NCBI GenBank assembly: GCA_002633005.1
Contig: NMRA01000257.1
Location: 323,737 to 387,736, forward strand
Reading direction: 5' to 3'
Source of the DNA: Phoronis australis
Taxonomy: Eukaryota > Animalia > Phoronida
DNA: 64,000 bases
Shown: positions 39,901-52,727 of the stretch, one piece after another
Numbering within the stretch: position 1 is the stretch's first letter
Layout: the number at the start of each line of letters is the position of its first letter
Made by a program: the position numbers and the translations under genes
Notes under the pieces: generated by a model
The model's database searches: none
What the model saw: the letters and a program-made list of their open reading frames with translations, nothing else
Told to the model about the DNA's origin: nothing

Positions 39901-40007
39901 TCTTCCTGTTCCACTACCACAATGTCGATGGCACCAGTCAGCGTGGCCGAGTTGATCTCATTGTAAAAGCCTTTGACATTGGAGAATAGCTTACCAACGT
40001 AGTTCAT
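27787..40007 (-). CDS. LPIN: Lipin (Mg2+-dependent phosphatidate phosphatase, PAH1/LPIN family); 15 coding exons, ~935 aa
   Basis: N-LIP (MNYVGKL...[24 protein letters not shown]), basic [32 protein letters not shown] ([14 protein letters not shown]), C-LIP HAD motif DIDGT with [15 protein letters not shown] and YAGYGN; spliced CDS 2808 nt, all GT-AG, phases consistent. Confidence 0.97.
28220..28380. repeat. Degenerate ~40-bp tandem repeat (TTATGTGACCACAAGATGA...)
   Basis: ttatgtga recurs five times. Confidence 0.7.
28559..28662 (-). CDS. LPIN: Lipin coding exon 14
   Basis: [24 protein letters not shown]. Confidence 0.95.
29098..29212 (-). CDS. LPIN: Lipin coding exon 13 (C-LIP)
   Basis: [22 protein letters not shown]...YAGYGNKVN. 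Confidence 0.95.
29774..30013 (-). CDS. LPIN: Lipin coding exon 12 (C-LIP)
   Basis: [21 protein letters not shown]...[10 protein letters not shown]...[10 protein letters not shown]. Confidence 0.96.
30251..30449 (-). mobile_element. tRNA-headed SINE, T-tailed family
   Basis: Homologous to 40761-41005; flanked by CATAAACA direct repeat (30243-30250, 30450-30457). Confidence 0.7.
31121..31269 (-). CDS. LPIN: Lipin coding exon 11 (catalytic DIDGT)
   Basis: [22 protein letters not shown]...[12 protein letters not shown]. Confidence 0.96.
31863..31980 (-). CDS. LPIN: Lipin coding exon 10
   Basis: [12 protein letters not shown]. Confidence 0.92.
32101..32351 (-). CDS. LPIN: Lipin coding exon 9
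   Basis: [12 protein letters not shown]...SWFTWGR. Confidence 0.9.
32467..32536 (-). CDS. LPIN: Lipin coding exon 8 (M-LIP)
   Basis: [23 protein letters not shown]. Confidence 0.92.
32758..32925 (-). CDS. LPIN: Lipin coding exon 7 (M-LIP)
   Basis: DVSMSLCG...[23 protein letters not shown]. Confidence 0.92.
33851..33959. mobile_element. 109-bp MITE with GG..CC termini and 8-9 bp TSD (Merlin-like); related copies at ~29611-29720 and ~43120-43220
   Basis: TIR GGTAATGGTCGGATATAAC / GTTATATCCGACTATTGCC; flanks gattcagtc / aattcagtc. Confidence 0.75.
34556..34687 (-). CDS. LPIN: Lipin coding exon 6
   Basis: [21 protein letters not shown]. Confidence 0.88.
35236..35386 (-). CDS. LPIN: Lipin coding exon 5
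   Basis: [24 protein letters not shown]. Confidence 0.92.
36676..36869 (-). CDS. LPIN: Lipin coding exon 4
   Basis: [14 protein letters not shown]...WNWGQLP. Confidence 0.92.
38120..38784 (-). CDS. LPIN: Lipin coding exon 3 (contains NLS)
   Basis: [12 protein letters not shown]...KRRKRRR...HPFSDTD; ttgcag acceptor, gtaaga donor. Confidence 0.92.
39073..39171 (-). CDS. LPIN: Lipin coding exon 2 (N-LIP)
   Basis: [33 protein letters not shown]; ttaaag acceptor, gtaagc donor. Confidence 0.95.
39828..40007 (-). CDS. LPIN: Lipin coding exon 1 (N-LIP)
   Basis: Acceptor ttacag before 40024, GCCATG start, donor ATA|gtaagt. Confidence 0.95.
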
Positions 40008-40760
40008 GGCTGTAGCTGGCTAATCTGTAAAATATCATCAGAAATGAACTCAAGCCACAAGAACACAATAGTTATTTTATCTGCAATCTCGGAAATGCTC
40101 CATTAAACATTTTTCCAAAATTAGAAGTGTTATTTTGCTTGAAAGTGACTATTCAACACTGAATTACAATAAAGATAGTTATCAGTATCATTTATGAATG
40201 AGAATAAGGAAGACCAAATCACAAACTAACCACAACCTTCTGAGAGAATTGATTGGAGTAAATCCACATCAACATATAACACAGACTCTTAAACTACTGC
40301 GTAATCAATGAAGATGCGATGATTCACAGACTCAAACCACATTAGTCATAGCCAGCAAAACTGAAAGTGGAAATGAAACACAACAGCCTATATTATATCC
40401 TGATGGTCTGAACACAAACTCTTGAATACAATAAGTAATGTTACAACGGAAGAATCTGACCACTTATAAACGAAAAGATTTACTAAAATTGCCACGTTTT
40501 TCATTTTTCAATTAGGCTTCCAACATTGTTGTGAACACAAAACTTTTCAAAAAACTGTGAACTTTAGGGCTTTGTACATATAGGTCGTGTAGAAAACAAG
40601 ATTTCACTTGTCCGTCAAATTGTGTCCTAAATCGGTGATATTTTACCGCGAATTAATTGAAACAACATCAATCTAATCATAACCTATACACGTGTTACTA
40701 CAGATTCAGATGTTTTAGAAAGCTAGTAAAATTCAGGTGTTTTCTTCACAGCATAGCGTA

Positions 40761-41005
40761 TAAAAAAAAAATAATTGCAGGCGGTCTGATACACGGTGTA
40801 CCAGACGTGCGCAGGCCGCGCGTGAGCCCATTGCACGGATCACCTGTAACCACTTTTATGCTTTATAAATAAATAGTTCAAACCGCGCTGAGGAAATAGA
40901 AACCTGACTCAAGGGTCTAACAATGTGGTCCAGTGGGACTCGAACCCACGGCCTCGAGCAAAGAAAGCGGTCACCTATCACACTAGGCCACACTGCCTCC
41001 TCATA
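40761..41005 (-). mobile_element. tRNA-headed SINE, T-tailed family
   Basis: A-box-like TGGCCTAGTG and B-box GGTTCGAGTCC on -; TSD AGCATAGCGTA at 40750-40760 and 41009-41019. Confidence 0.78.
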
Positions 41006-43779
41006 CATAGCATAGCGTAACACACATAAACAAATGTGCAAGGCTCATTTGTGATCCAGTTGTAAAATTTCTTTTCATGTGCTCACTCAGACCAATGCGT
41101 CAATATTGAAAATAATGCAAATTTATGATCGACATATGTCCCAAATAATAGACAAATGACACGTGTGTCGCAAGCTCGTTGCCAGAGATGACTACCTACA
41201 TGGACTTCTTTATTTGGAAAAATAATGAGAGAAATGACTAGCTTGATACGTGTCATTTTTGGGGTTTAAAAATGGCTGTGAAGACTAAATAATGCAAAAA
41301 TTGTTTTTATTCCATTATTCATCTGTACATAATTAATTATTTTAAGTATTCTATATGCAGCATAATTTGAAGGCAAGTGTACAGTCAGCAGGATACTGTA
41401 CGTACATAATTTACTAACACAGGAATATACATAACCACTCATTCAGTTCCCAATGCATCTAATAAAGCTGCTGGACACCCAGGTGGTGAACCTATTTTCG
41501 GAGTGGTTGGGCACTCTATCGTTTTGTTCTCGTTCCGCAGAAACTGACTTATCTTTAACCAATCGGAAACAAGATGTTTTTTGAGAGCTAAAATTTTGAT
41601 GGCTGGCGTTCAGAACGACACGAGCACTTTTAAGGATGTCTCAGTTGTGTAAGTTTGAAGATGATGGTAAGCCGAATATGGGCGCTTGAAAGTGAAAATT
41701 TCAAGGGTGGACAACTGGCCGAGCATCCAAACCTGGATATGTAGGGTAAGATCAAACCAACTATATCACATACTGATTTTATAAAGAAATAGCAAATAAT
41801 CGTGACAGTGTTTAATCATATTGCAATTTGCAAATCTATAATACCAGATGACTTATGAGAACCATGTAGCCAAATACTCTGCTAATAGACACATACAGTG
41901 CAGCACAAAGGCTTTCAAATACAAGACATTTGATACTTAAATTCCAGTCAATTTTCCTATTACCCATAAATGTTCAACCCTCAGAGACATCCGGATCAAA
42001 TTACCACCATTTTCCTAAATCAGCTTGGGTAATGAGTTAAACAGACAAACAGTCTAAAACATCATTCACCATAGTATTTATTACCAGAATTTCGAAGCTG
42101 CTTTAATAATGAAAAATCCAACAACAACGATTGTTCAGCTGGTGAAGCCAACTTAGATACAGTAGATTTTCTCAAAATTTTATCACTGGAGGTGAAATTC
42201 ATAGTCACAACCTGTCCACTCTAAATCTATTGATCAGTTTATAAAGAACACTGCTCACCAACTGTGTACAACAACGTCACCAGTCAGAAGTATTTCAAAC
42301 CTCAACAGGGAACATCAAGTAACAACCACCTTCCCCTGTCACATCACAGATACTGAGCACACCCACACCACTGATGACCGTGACCGTGTTCCGCCACCAA
42401 CCACCAGACAGTACAGTTACTCGGTCACTGACACAAGACCTACAGCGACACTGTTGCTATCACTTATGACACGTACTTGGCAGGTAAATTAGCAATTTTC
42501 GGTTAGTGATACAGAACCTTAAGTCAAAACTAAATAAAACCTTACTTTTCTACCAAAGGCGTTTCCATAGCATTCTCACTGAATCCAACAAAGAATTGTC
42601 AATGTTAATGTGAGATCTGACTGCGTAATGACGGATAACCAGATGATCTATTTTTAGTTCATTCGTATCCTGTTTTACGGTCTTTGTTACGACACTCGTT
42701 ATTGGACAATTCACTCAAAGGCGCTATCATGGGGCGTGACCAACTAAGTAGCTCCCATTGGTCAATATGAAGAAGGTGTGCTCAATCTTCTCTTTCATGA
42801 TTGGCCAAAAATTGTCCTATTTAGACCTGAGACCTGACAGGTCTTACGAGTTACGAAATGCCATAACATAAACAAAGTGGGTCCTGCACCCCTTGTAACT
42901 CTTAACGACACTATCTTTCACATGAGGCGATTCATCTCAATTAATCTTACTGATTAAATTTTCCATACAGCAATCACACAGGGGAAATTTTGGAAATGAG
43001 CCACATAGCATGCGTTTTAGAACTTCAGAGGCAGACCTGATACGTTTTTTGAATGGGGTCAATGAAAACTGACAAGTTTGAAGAGAATTTCATATCACAA
43101 ACATGGCATAACTGGTTTCGGCAATAGTTTGATATAACCTGCCCGTATTTTGAGAACCAGTTTGATCCCCGTTATTCAGTGGAGAAAACTGTTTCTCAAA
43201 ATTCAGGCACATTATCAACTTTTCTTTTATTTACAATTATATCTCTGTGTTATTCTCCTCCTCTAGCTTAAGTTCCATTTTCTTCATGTTTTCTGTTAAA
43301 TTTAATGTCGTAGTAATAGCCCAACTGGCTAATGTTAATCTGTTCTCCGAACGACGTTAAATAAAGCTTCTTGAATCTTATATCAGACCATTAATGTGTC
43401 GTCTTTATCACAGACAAATATTACTTTTCTCAGATTACAAGTGAAATGTTTAGAGCCACCCAAAATTCACGGTCAGTTAAAGGAATTGAAACAAACTCTT
43501 AATTTGAATTGATGTCATGGGCTTGCAAGGTTGGTAACTAAGAGAATGTTATCACCAAACAGTGAAGTGACTACCATGTGCTCTAAGAGCACTATATCAT
43601 TACATAACAATCCCAGGGGCAGCCTTACATAAACCTGGAATTTTGCAGTCACCTCATGGACATAAATTACATAACCACAACATTGACACACTTGAACTCC
43701 CATTGCCTGGTATGCATAAGAAAGGACAATCAATGAGCTACATCAGGTATAACTCATTGGAATAATCAAATTTTTCTTA

Positions 43780-43969
43780 AAAATATGAGCACAGCCTGAG
43801 TGCATTATATCCAAGTTCGCATTCACTCCCTTGCATACATTCAGGAGTAAGACCAGCTCAGATGAGACATCTTCATGCAATGCTTGATAGTAAGCCAGTG
43901 AAGCCAGGTTTCGAGCGCAGGTCTCCCCAACAGGAGTCCAGAACTAAAACCACTGAGCCACACTGCCTC
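43780..43969 (-). mobile_element. Degenerate tRNA-headed SINE, second family
   Basis: GAGGCAGTGTGGCTCAGTGG A box and GCTCGAAACC B-box-like; 3' boundary approximate. Confidence 0.55.
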
Positions 43970-46599
43970 AAGTTTTTCTTAATGAAAAAAGGACTCGTCC
44001 CAACTGAAATTTTAGTAATAGCCTTTTTACATAAATTATGACAATTAAATTATAAACTACAATACTTAGCAGAATTTAATGAAAAAAGAATATACATAAA
44101 ATCATGTTACTGAATGTGAACAGCAACAAAGATTAATTTAATCCATGTAATGTTAAAAGGAAGGAGATAATACTAGTCATAAATTGTGAAATTTTATGAA
44201 TTTGTTGGTTTACTGCCCGACTTTGTCAATAACACCACTAAAATACTCAACTATAGTGCCATTTACACTAACGAAGTTGACACGGATCAGCGGACATGGA
44301 ACAAGTTGTTCCAGTGTGTCAACGGACTGACACGGACCAAATTGACACCGTGGTGACAAATTTTTGCCACCCGTTTGTAAGGTAGAGCAATTTGAGCCCG
44401 AACAACTTGCGCCGTGTCAATTATAAGTATTAACGCGAAACTGGAGTAAGGCGGAAAGGATCATCTCTACTGCGCTTGTGCAATGACCTATGTACGGGTT
44501 CTTTGTCTCTGCAACTCTCGTCATATGTAAACCTGCGCATGTGCGATCCAGTCTCTCCAGCCTGCAATTTCTGTCTTGCCACGGTTAGTGAGTTGTTTGC
44601 ATAAACAGCCGCTTGACACGGGTCAATTTGCTTCGTGTCAGTTGCGCCGGGCCAAAAGTTGATGTCTTAACGGGACTTATGAACATCACATGTACACATT
44701 GGTGTTATATTCAGTTTACTTGCTAAAGATACATGCTTCTTCCGTGGGTACCAGCCCGCACTCAGAACTACTGCTGTTGGCTGTTCTTTGTTTGCTTTTT
44801 TCTTTTGGTGATGCAATAGCACGAAAGGCTATTTCATGTGTCATTTTGTTCTTGTGCCTTACAACATTTAGATGGTTAAAAACAACCAGTTTGTCTGAGG
44901 AAGGCTAACTTTTAAAACCACAATAACTTGAGTGCTTTATTTAAAGTTCAAGCTGACTAATTGGCCAACAGTGTTCTTTGCATGTGTTTAATTACAAGTA
45001 GACAAACATTTGAAAAAGAAAACTGACCCACAGTAAGCAGGCATTATTAAGTTATACCAAACCAAATATTCTTCCACAGTTCACCACTATTAAAATACCA
45101 GAAGAAATAACAAAAGGTCAGTTTTGTAATTGAATTAGTAAGACACATTTTATCTCTCGTATATCTCTCAGCACTTTTTTATGAAAAAATATAAACTCTA
45201 TAGAACACTATTACTTTAATAATCCAATTTCAGTTTGCATTTGCTTGCACACCTAATCAACATGAGCACTCAGACACTTCCCAGGTCTGGAGGTCAACTG
45301 TGTAATGACCTGGACTTGAAAATCAATAAACCTACCCTACATAGATTATTCATGAATAGTGTGAACTTGCTGAGGTGATTTGGAAAATAGCCAATGAAAA
45401 CTAAGTCAAAGGGAGGGGTAACTGTGCAGTAAGTGATGGACTTGACATGTTTAGGCCAGGACTATTGTACATTGGTGACCTGCGAATTGAGGCGTAAAAT
45501 GGTTCAAGTTCACTCAACAGTGCGTTGTTTTGTAACTATGAAGGAGTAATTCATGACACATATAGCAGTATAGGCAACCAGCACAATTCACGAGACTGCT
45601 GGGTAAATTCGGAACTTTAGTCAGGATACACTCTGAATGATTAGCAGTAAAACCTCAACAACTAATAATACATTATGGCAGACAACTAAATTCTGGGTCT
45701 CACTTCTTCCCTAACTCTGCAAAGTAATACATTGCCATGTTCAAGTTATCTGCCACAGTTACACTAGTCAACGGCAACAATGTTAGAAGACCTTGCAAAA
45801 TGAATTTTTTTCGCATTAATCTGCGCCCAAAACTGGTGAATTTTCCTGGAAATGGCAACAGAACTTTGACTTGTTGATTGGTCAGTTTCTTTAACTAAAT
45901 CGAAATGAGTAAAGCTGCACCCTGGTGTTTTTTAAGAGTGGTAAGCCTAAATCGGCATACAAGGTCATAAATTGATAGCTACAACATTTCTACACTTTTC
46001 AAAACACATATTTCCTGTATCAGTTGATCTCAGCCAGCCTCGTATTCATGATAGTCCAGCAGAGGTCCTGCAGAGGACAAACATTGTTTGTACTTTATGA
46101 ATTCCCTATTACATCTTTGCAAGCACGGAAATCCTAGCCCCTGGACTCACTTCCAGATCTAGGCTTTATCTCCAAGCACTTGAAAGGAAATTGCTACATG
46201 GTTTTGTCTGTTCTCTTACTACGAACTCTTTGGAAGACTGTTATGAACCTCCAGTGAGTTTATTTCCAGGACCCAGAATTCTCAGTAGGCCTGCTGTAAC
46301 TCAGATAACTCCTCTCAAACAATCACCTTTCATAACTGAACAACAGCATCAAAACAACTGTTCCTATATCGAGTTTACATTGCCATTGCATATAAACAAA
46401 ACAACTATACAAAACCAGCGCAGGTAAGTTAAATACCCCTTTTATCAACACTGTGTTATGTCACAGCACACACCTGCCACCTCCCTTGAGATACCACCAC
46501 TGCTGGGCATGTGCATTCCCTAGCTCCTATACTCTATAGGAGTTTCACCGTCTCTATACTGGGGCCAGCTATAGTCTATAGTGGTCACATTCTAGGTAT

Positions 46600-47450
46600 C
46601 CGGGTAATGTCGACTGTCTCTGTGGTCTGGAATAGATAGTCAGGACGACTCGGGAACTAGCGCAAACACTAATTAGGATAACGTTACGGTCTCCGTCTCT
46701 CAGTTTACATCTCATGTTTTTTCAACTGAGTAACGGCCCCCGTTAGTCAGTGACTGTCTGGTTATCAAAATCAGGGACCGATGGCGATGGACACGGAATG
46801 AACGAATTTCAGAAAGCATCTCGACGTGTTTAGATGAAATACAATGATAGAACGGACAGTGGAAGTGGCACCCAGGACCAGACGAGATAGCTGACAAGAT
46901 CAGGGTCAAACAACTTACCACTAAACCTTTCACAACTACACCATCTAACCATCCTCTGTAGGCGCCTAAGTTTTCTTCACCTCCGTGACCCAAAACAACG
47001 TCGTGACCACCCAGTAAACCTAATAGCACTCTGCCATCTCAGGTAACCTCGAATTATATGATAATAAGGTCGTGTGAGAAATATTGACGAATGGAAACCG
47101 TGTTTACAAACGAAGTCTGGCCCAGTTAAAATTTCCCGCCGTATGTTATGTTTTGATTGATCTCCGGTCGGAGACAGGTTCACTACGTTACATCAGACGA
47201 AGCGTTGTGCAACGGCGGGCATGCAGTCCGTTCTGTAACCAAGAGCTTACCGACAACCATATCTATGGCTACAGCTCCCTCGTACCCGTCATACATTTTC
47301 GCTTTGACTTAACTCGGGTTAACCTACCTTCCCGGAAAATATGTTTCGGTGAAGACTACTTAGCAAAGTTGCATTCCTTTAGTAGTCATCGGCACAGGCG
47401 GGATTTCTGGTCCCGGCTAATATTGGAGAGAACTGACAACTGTTACTTGT
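46600..47450 (-). promoter_or_regulatory. Candidate lipin promoter and non-coding first exon (donor TG|gtaagt at 46919/46918)
   Basis: CpG-enriched stretch upstream of lipin with a consensus minus-strand donor; the ATG exon has an acceptor, so a 5'UTR exon is needed. Confidence 0.4.
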
Positions 47451-47830
47451 TCGAGATTGTGTTCTACAAATATTGACCTTTCTTAACTTGTGGTGTTTTT
47501 GCTTAATATTTAGTTTCACTTAAGTAAGTCGTTGTATGAGTTACTTTAGTTAAAACCTTGGATACAATACCGGGTTCGCTTTCTGGTCGGCTTAAATATT
47601 TGTATTTTAATGTACTGTCATTTATTTGTGCAGCATAAAAATAAAAGATAACTTCAGTTGTCAAGGGTACTCGTCGAGCATTTCTCTCGAATTGAGAAAT
47701 TTACATGTCAAGATCGCCCTGTGGATGCCGCAGGCGCATAAGTAGCCGATGAGCTACGTGTTGCCTACTTTCAATAAAAAATTACTGAGTTCTTCGCAAG
47801 ATTAGCAACCATTTTTCATCTGCATGACTG

Positions 47831-50800
47831 AGTAAGGATGACAAGTTGAGACCAATTTGACTGATACCAGTAAGTGGTCTAAATCAGAAGTCTTTGGCCG
47901 CTGGCAGATTAGTACCTACAGGGCTACGTCAGTGAACTCGGAATTCTGCTTGATCTCAGTCAAGATTGCGTATGCCGGCGTGAACTTTCAGTGAATTGAA
48001 TATTTATTAAGGTGATTTTTTTGTTCCGATTGTAAAGAGTAGGGCCCGATTCCAAGGAGCATAATTTTATTCTCAAGATAAAAATAACAAAACATTTGCA
48101 TAGGTAGGTTACATTTGTAAATCATCCGATTGACGGATTTTTGAACGTTGTCTCAGTGCAACCCATTAAACAGTCTGAAAACAGGTTTTAAACGGTTTTT
48201 AGGCTGTTTAATGGGAAAGCGGTCACCGTTTCGTAGCGTATTGCTTCGAGTATGGAATCTTAATTTTGAGCACCCACAGTGAACCCTTTCGTAGGAAACT
48301 GTCTGTCGGAAAAGCCACCGCTTAGCAGGGAATTGTGTTAAAAAGGGAGGGAAACTGGTCGTGAAAATTTCGCCCTTCCGACATGCACGTCCTGTACTCT
48401 TCTATGGTAGTTCCCCAGCTAGGGAGTACAAGACTAAAGAGATGTCTTTGCAATTCATCTTTACTAGCACCCAAATACTGTGAAAATAATAATGTGTATT
48501 TTTGTTGGAAAATGTGAGTCACCCTTTCATGGCAAATTGAATGCTGGGAAAGGGTACCCCTTCGCAAAAAACTCGTCGCGAAAAACGGCCTCTGAGCGAC
48601 ACGTCTCGTAACTCTTCTGACGGCGGTAGGTTAAATATTGTGTTCCTCCGTCAGTTGTGTATTGGTTAGTTTTTTGATGTTAGTTCTGAATCTAGGTGTT
48701 GATCCCATTTGTTTCACGAGTGAGAAACAACATGACCGCCGGACCCAAAACATGACGGCTGGTCCTCCAAATCGGACCGCATTTGCTATCCACCTTCAAT
48801 GTCAGAACGCGATAAATTTTGTTCCAAAATGAAAAAGTCAGAGAGCAAACGAAATGTTTCGAGTCATCCTGATACTGTTAATATCCGTCTTCTTGTCGAC
48901 GGTAAATCAATGCTGCTTATATATCATAAATCTAAAAAAATGAGCTTGGATGAATGATAGTGTCCGACCATTGACTTTCACAGAGGTCAATGTAGGCCTA
49001 CGAATGATTCAAGAGGAGACGAGGCAACTATCACATTTTTGGGGCCGAATTTCAATAATTACTTCATTGTATAATTACATCGTCTGAGTAAATCATTGAC
49101 TATTGCCAGTTAAATCTCCCGTTACTTTCCCTAAAATTTGGAGAGGTCTTAAAAACAGACCTGCTTGGTTGATTATTATTTTTCTCTTGTTCTCGCCCTA
49201 ATGGACTTTTGCAAGCCACCTAGCCCGGCACTTCCTGCTCAGCTGCTCCTAATATCATCTGGGACAATTCTGGGTCCGGGGTCTGGTCTTTGAACTCGAA
49301 ATCGAAATGATTTTTGACATTTTCCGTTCTACTTTAATGCAAACTGAAGGCAAGTGTCAATGATTCTGTGCTCATCAGTATTTTAATGACTTACCTGGCT
49401 GCCTGTCTAATCGCTTAATTGTTTATAAGTTCGAGTCCGGAAGTCTAAATTTCAATTTTTGATCGCTCGAAATCTGAGTTTTTTACTAGAATTAGGAGTA
49501 CAAATCTAGGGGCCACGAAGTACAGGAACTTACACTACTCGAGTTTAGATGAATGAATATACTTACATTGAGTTTGTATACAGGACGGAAAATGTCAAAA
49601 ACAATAGAGAAACCGGGCCGTTCTTTTTGTAGATGGTCAAAAGGCTTCTGTACCGGCTTCAACCGCTGAAGACAGGTGTTGACGTCCGTCAAGATATCAC
49701 CAAAGTTAATGACCTAAGCACCTATTGAGTTCTACAGGCCAATTATCGCATTAGTGATATCTGGCTGCAGTAAAATACTGAACACAGAAAATTAAAATGT
49801 CAAGGACAGAAACTGTTAAATTTTGTTTTGTTAAGTTTTGCTTCCGAAACACTGAATTCCTCGTGAAAAGGTACGTGTAGTATTCTTCTTTCAAGGAAGA
49901 AATACTAAAAAAGAACAAATTGGCCAAAACACTGCGACGGATTTACAACAGTTTTGGGTCGATGCGTGTTCACAATTCATTCAGCGTGGTAGACTATTGG
50001 CATTCAGTTTGTGTCATAACGTCAAACAAAAACCGATTACGTAACAAAAGAAAGATTGGCATAAGGCCTCTGAAAACCGCCTCCCGTTCAGTAACGCTAG
50101 GACCTCGCTGAAAACCAAGACTTCGCGAAATTACGTGAGATATTGCCGTGTATTTCAAATGAGAACACGTGACTTTGATTAGATTTAAGCTAGGTCCTAG
50201 CGTAGGTCCTAGCGTCAACTGAACGCACGCCCGGTGTCGTCTGGAATACGGCGGACTAAACGGGAGTAATGTAATTTCGTGATCTAACACGTACCGGGCC
50301 CTATAGCAGGTGCTCGATCCTTCCGGACACAAGAAGCTCACGAGTAGTGTACAGGGGCGAATCCGGGATTTTGGGTTGGGGGGGGGGGGGCANGCCAGGA
50401 TTTTACCCCGATCACTAGGACATTCGCACCCCCGGCGAACTGCCAAATGGAACATGGAAGAATTTTAGGGGTACATTGCCCCCTTTTAAATCCGCCACTG
50501 GTGTGATCACGTGCTTTGGCTAAATCTAATGTGAGGCTATATATTTACTTTAGTCCGTTACTTAGCTTTACTCACATTTGCCACCCGTTACCCGCTTTCT
50601 TTGTCACACGCATAACCCTCTCCAATCCCGGCATTAATTAGGTTGTCACATTTTGACGCACCCCTTCATTACACGCACGTGCCCAGTTTGAATTTTTGTT
50701 TGGATGACGAAACGTCGGCCGGTGCAACGAAGATGGCCCGGCGCACTAGCTGACTGACCCTAATTGGAACGCAATTTACTCACTGCCGCCTACGGTGATA

Positions 50801-52190
50801 CATGAACATAAGGTAACAGTGAGCTTTGCTACAGTTCAGGCACGGTCACTGTGGTGCGCAAGCCGTGTTCGCGAGCTCAACATGAACGAACTTTCTGTTT
50901 TCCTGCCAATATTGAATGTGGCTCAGGACCGTGACGAAATCGAGGAAGGGGGGAGGGGGTACAATTAAGTTGTTACTGCGGAGAGCAGGTTCTAACTTTC
51001 ACCACTAGCGGATCTAGGATGCCCGTAATTAAGAGTATCACTCCTTGGAGAATATTGTCCCAGTATACTCAAAGGATAGGCCAATATGCCGACGGCGTTC
51101 AGTTCGTACATGTGGAGAATTTTTCGCTTACACTGCATGGTGACCGCCTCTGATTCCCCAAGTCCCAGACAACTTTTACGATGCCTATTCAGCACGCCCT
51201 TGCAGTTCTGAGCTGATGAAATGGAAAGGCATTACTGTCTCAACAATGGCTGTTGTTAGTACCACCATTTTGGTTTTCTCTGACATTTGCAGAGTTATAG
51301 CCTGCAACTCTGGAGAGTAATTTTAACTTGGTACATTATAAATATTACGAATTAACTAAAAAGGTTCACTTGTGTTTATCTTCACAAAGGGCCACTTCCC
51401 AAAGGAACGACGATAAGTTTCATATTGGTTTTCTTTATTAAATTTTTAATGCTTCTGCCCACTTGTTTTTTTCCTACCCAGGAAACGGGTTGATAACTTT
51501 TTATCTAAGTTTTGAACTTGAAGTACCAAAACAGTGGTAGATTTTGATCGCCAGCTAAACTTAATTAGTTAAATTCATTGTGAGCCCATCCCTGAACTTT
51601 CTACATTACAGGTACACTAAACATTTCACGTGTCATTAAAGTTTAATCTTTATTAGAACTCAAATCATAAAATATATACAAAAGTGCAAAAATGGTGATA
51701 ACCAAACTGAAGATTTGGAATCTCTTGACAATTTCGGTGGCAATAATAACTATGCTAGCTCTTTGTCAGTAATAAAAAATGAAAATTGGGCACAACAACT
51801 GTTTGTTGGTCAAAAATCTGGTTAAAAGAGATTGAAAGAATATTAAACAAGAGCAACGCAGAGCGTTGAAATGCTCCCACAATTGCACCGTATACGGTAT
51901 CCTTCTAGGGTTGTTTATTGGTACCATAAAGTGGCCAGTAGAGGGCATATATGTAGTATGTTGTACTTTGCAAAATGGAAAGGCATGGTCATTGTCTCCT
52001 CAACAGGCTAGGGGCAAAATGTGAGTGATCTTCATAATACAAGCACATCCTATACATCAGTTGCTTAAAGCACCACAGAAACATAGAATTAAAAACAAAT
52101 TTACCAACATACGAGATTAGCACAGCATTAGAATGCCAGAAACAAATTTCTACTTGGAACTTTTCCTTCATAGTCACGAAGTAACACAAA
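47831..52190 (+). repeat. Copy 1 of a ~4.4-kb direct duplication (probable uncollapsed haplotype)
   Basis: Colinear with 52728-57103; ends exactly at the N gap. Confidence 0.95.
50352..50500 (-). mobile_element. Shorter member of the 4232 MITE family
   Basis: CAGGGGCGAATCC...AAATCCGCCACTG; flanks GTGTA / GTGTG. Confidence 0.75.
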
Positions 52191-52727
52191 NNNNNNNNNN
52201 NNNNNNNNNNNNNNNNNNNNNNNNNNNNNNNNNNNNNNNNNNNNNNNNNNNNNNNNNNNNNNNNNNNNNNNNNNNNNNNNNNNNNNNNNNNNNNNNNNNN
52301 NNNNNNNNNNNNNNNNNNNNNNNNNNNNNNNNNNNNNNNNNNNNNNNNNNNNNNNNNNNNNNNNNNNNNNNNNNNNNNNNNNNNNNNNNNNNNNNNNNNN
52401 NNNNNNNNNNNNNNNNNNNNNNNNNNNNNNNNNNNNNNNNNNNNNNNNNNNNNNNNNNNNNNNNNNNNNNNNNNNNNNNNNNNNNNNNNNNNNNNNNNNN
52501 NNNNNNNNNNNNNNNNNNNNNNNNNNNNNNNNNNNNNNNNNNNNNNNNNNNNNNNNNNNNNNNNNNNNNNNNNNNNNNNNNNNNNNNNNNNNNNNNNNNN
52601 NNNNNNNNNNNNNNNNNNNNNNNNNNNNNNNNNNNNNNNNNNNNNNNNNNNNNNNNNNNNNNNNNNNNNNNNNNNNNNNNNNNNNNNNNNNNNNNNNNNN
52701 NNNNNNNNNNNNNNNNNNNNNNNNNNN
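52191..52727. other. Assembly gap (537 N)
   Basis: N run. Confidence 1.

Noticed and set aside
40925-41000. Possible tRNA gene
   Set aside because: A/B boxes present but acceptor and anticodon stems do not pair; embedded in a TSD-flanked repeated element, so a SINE head
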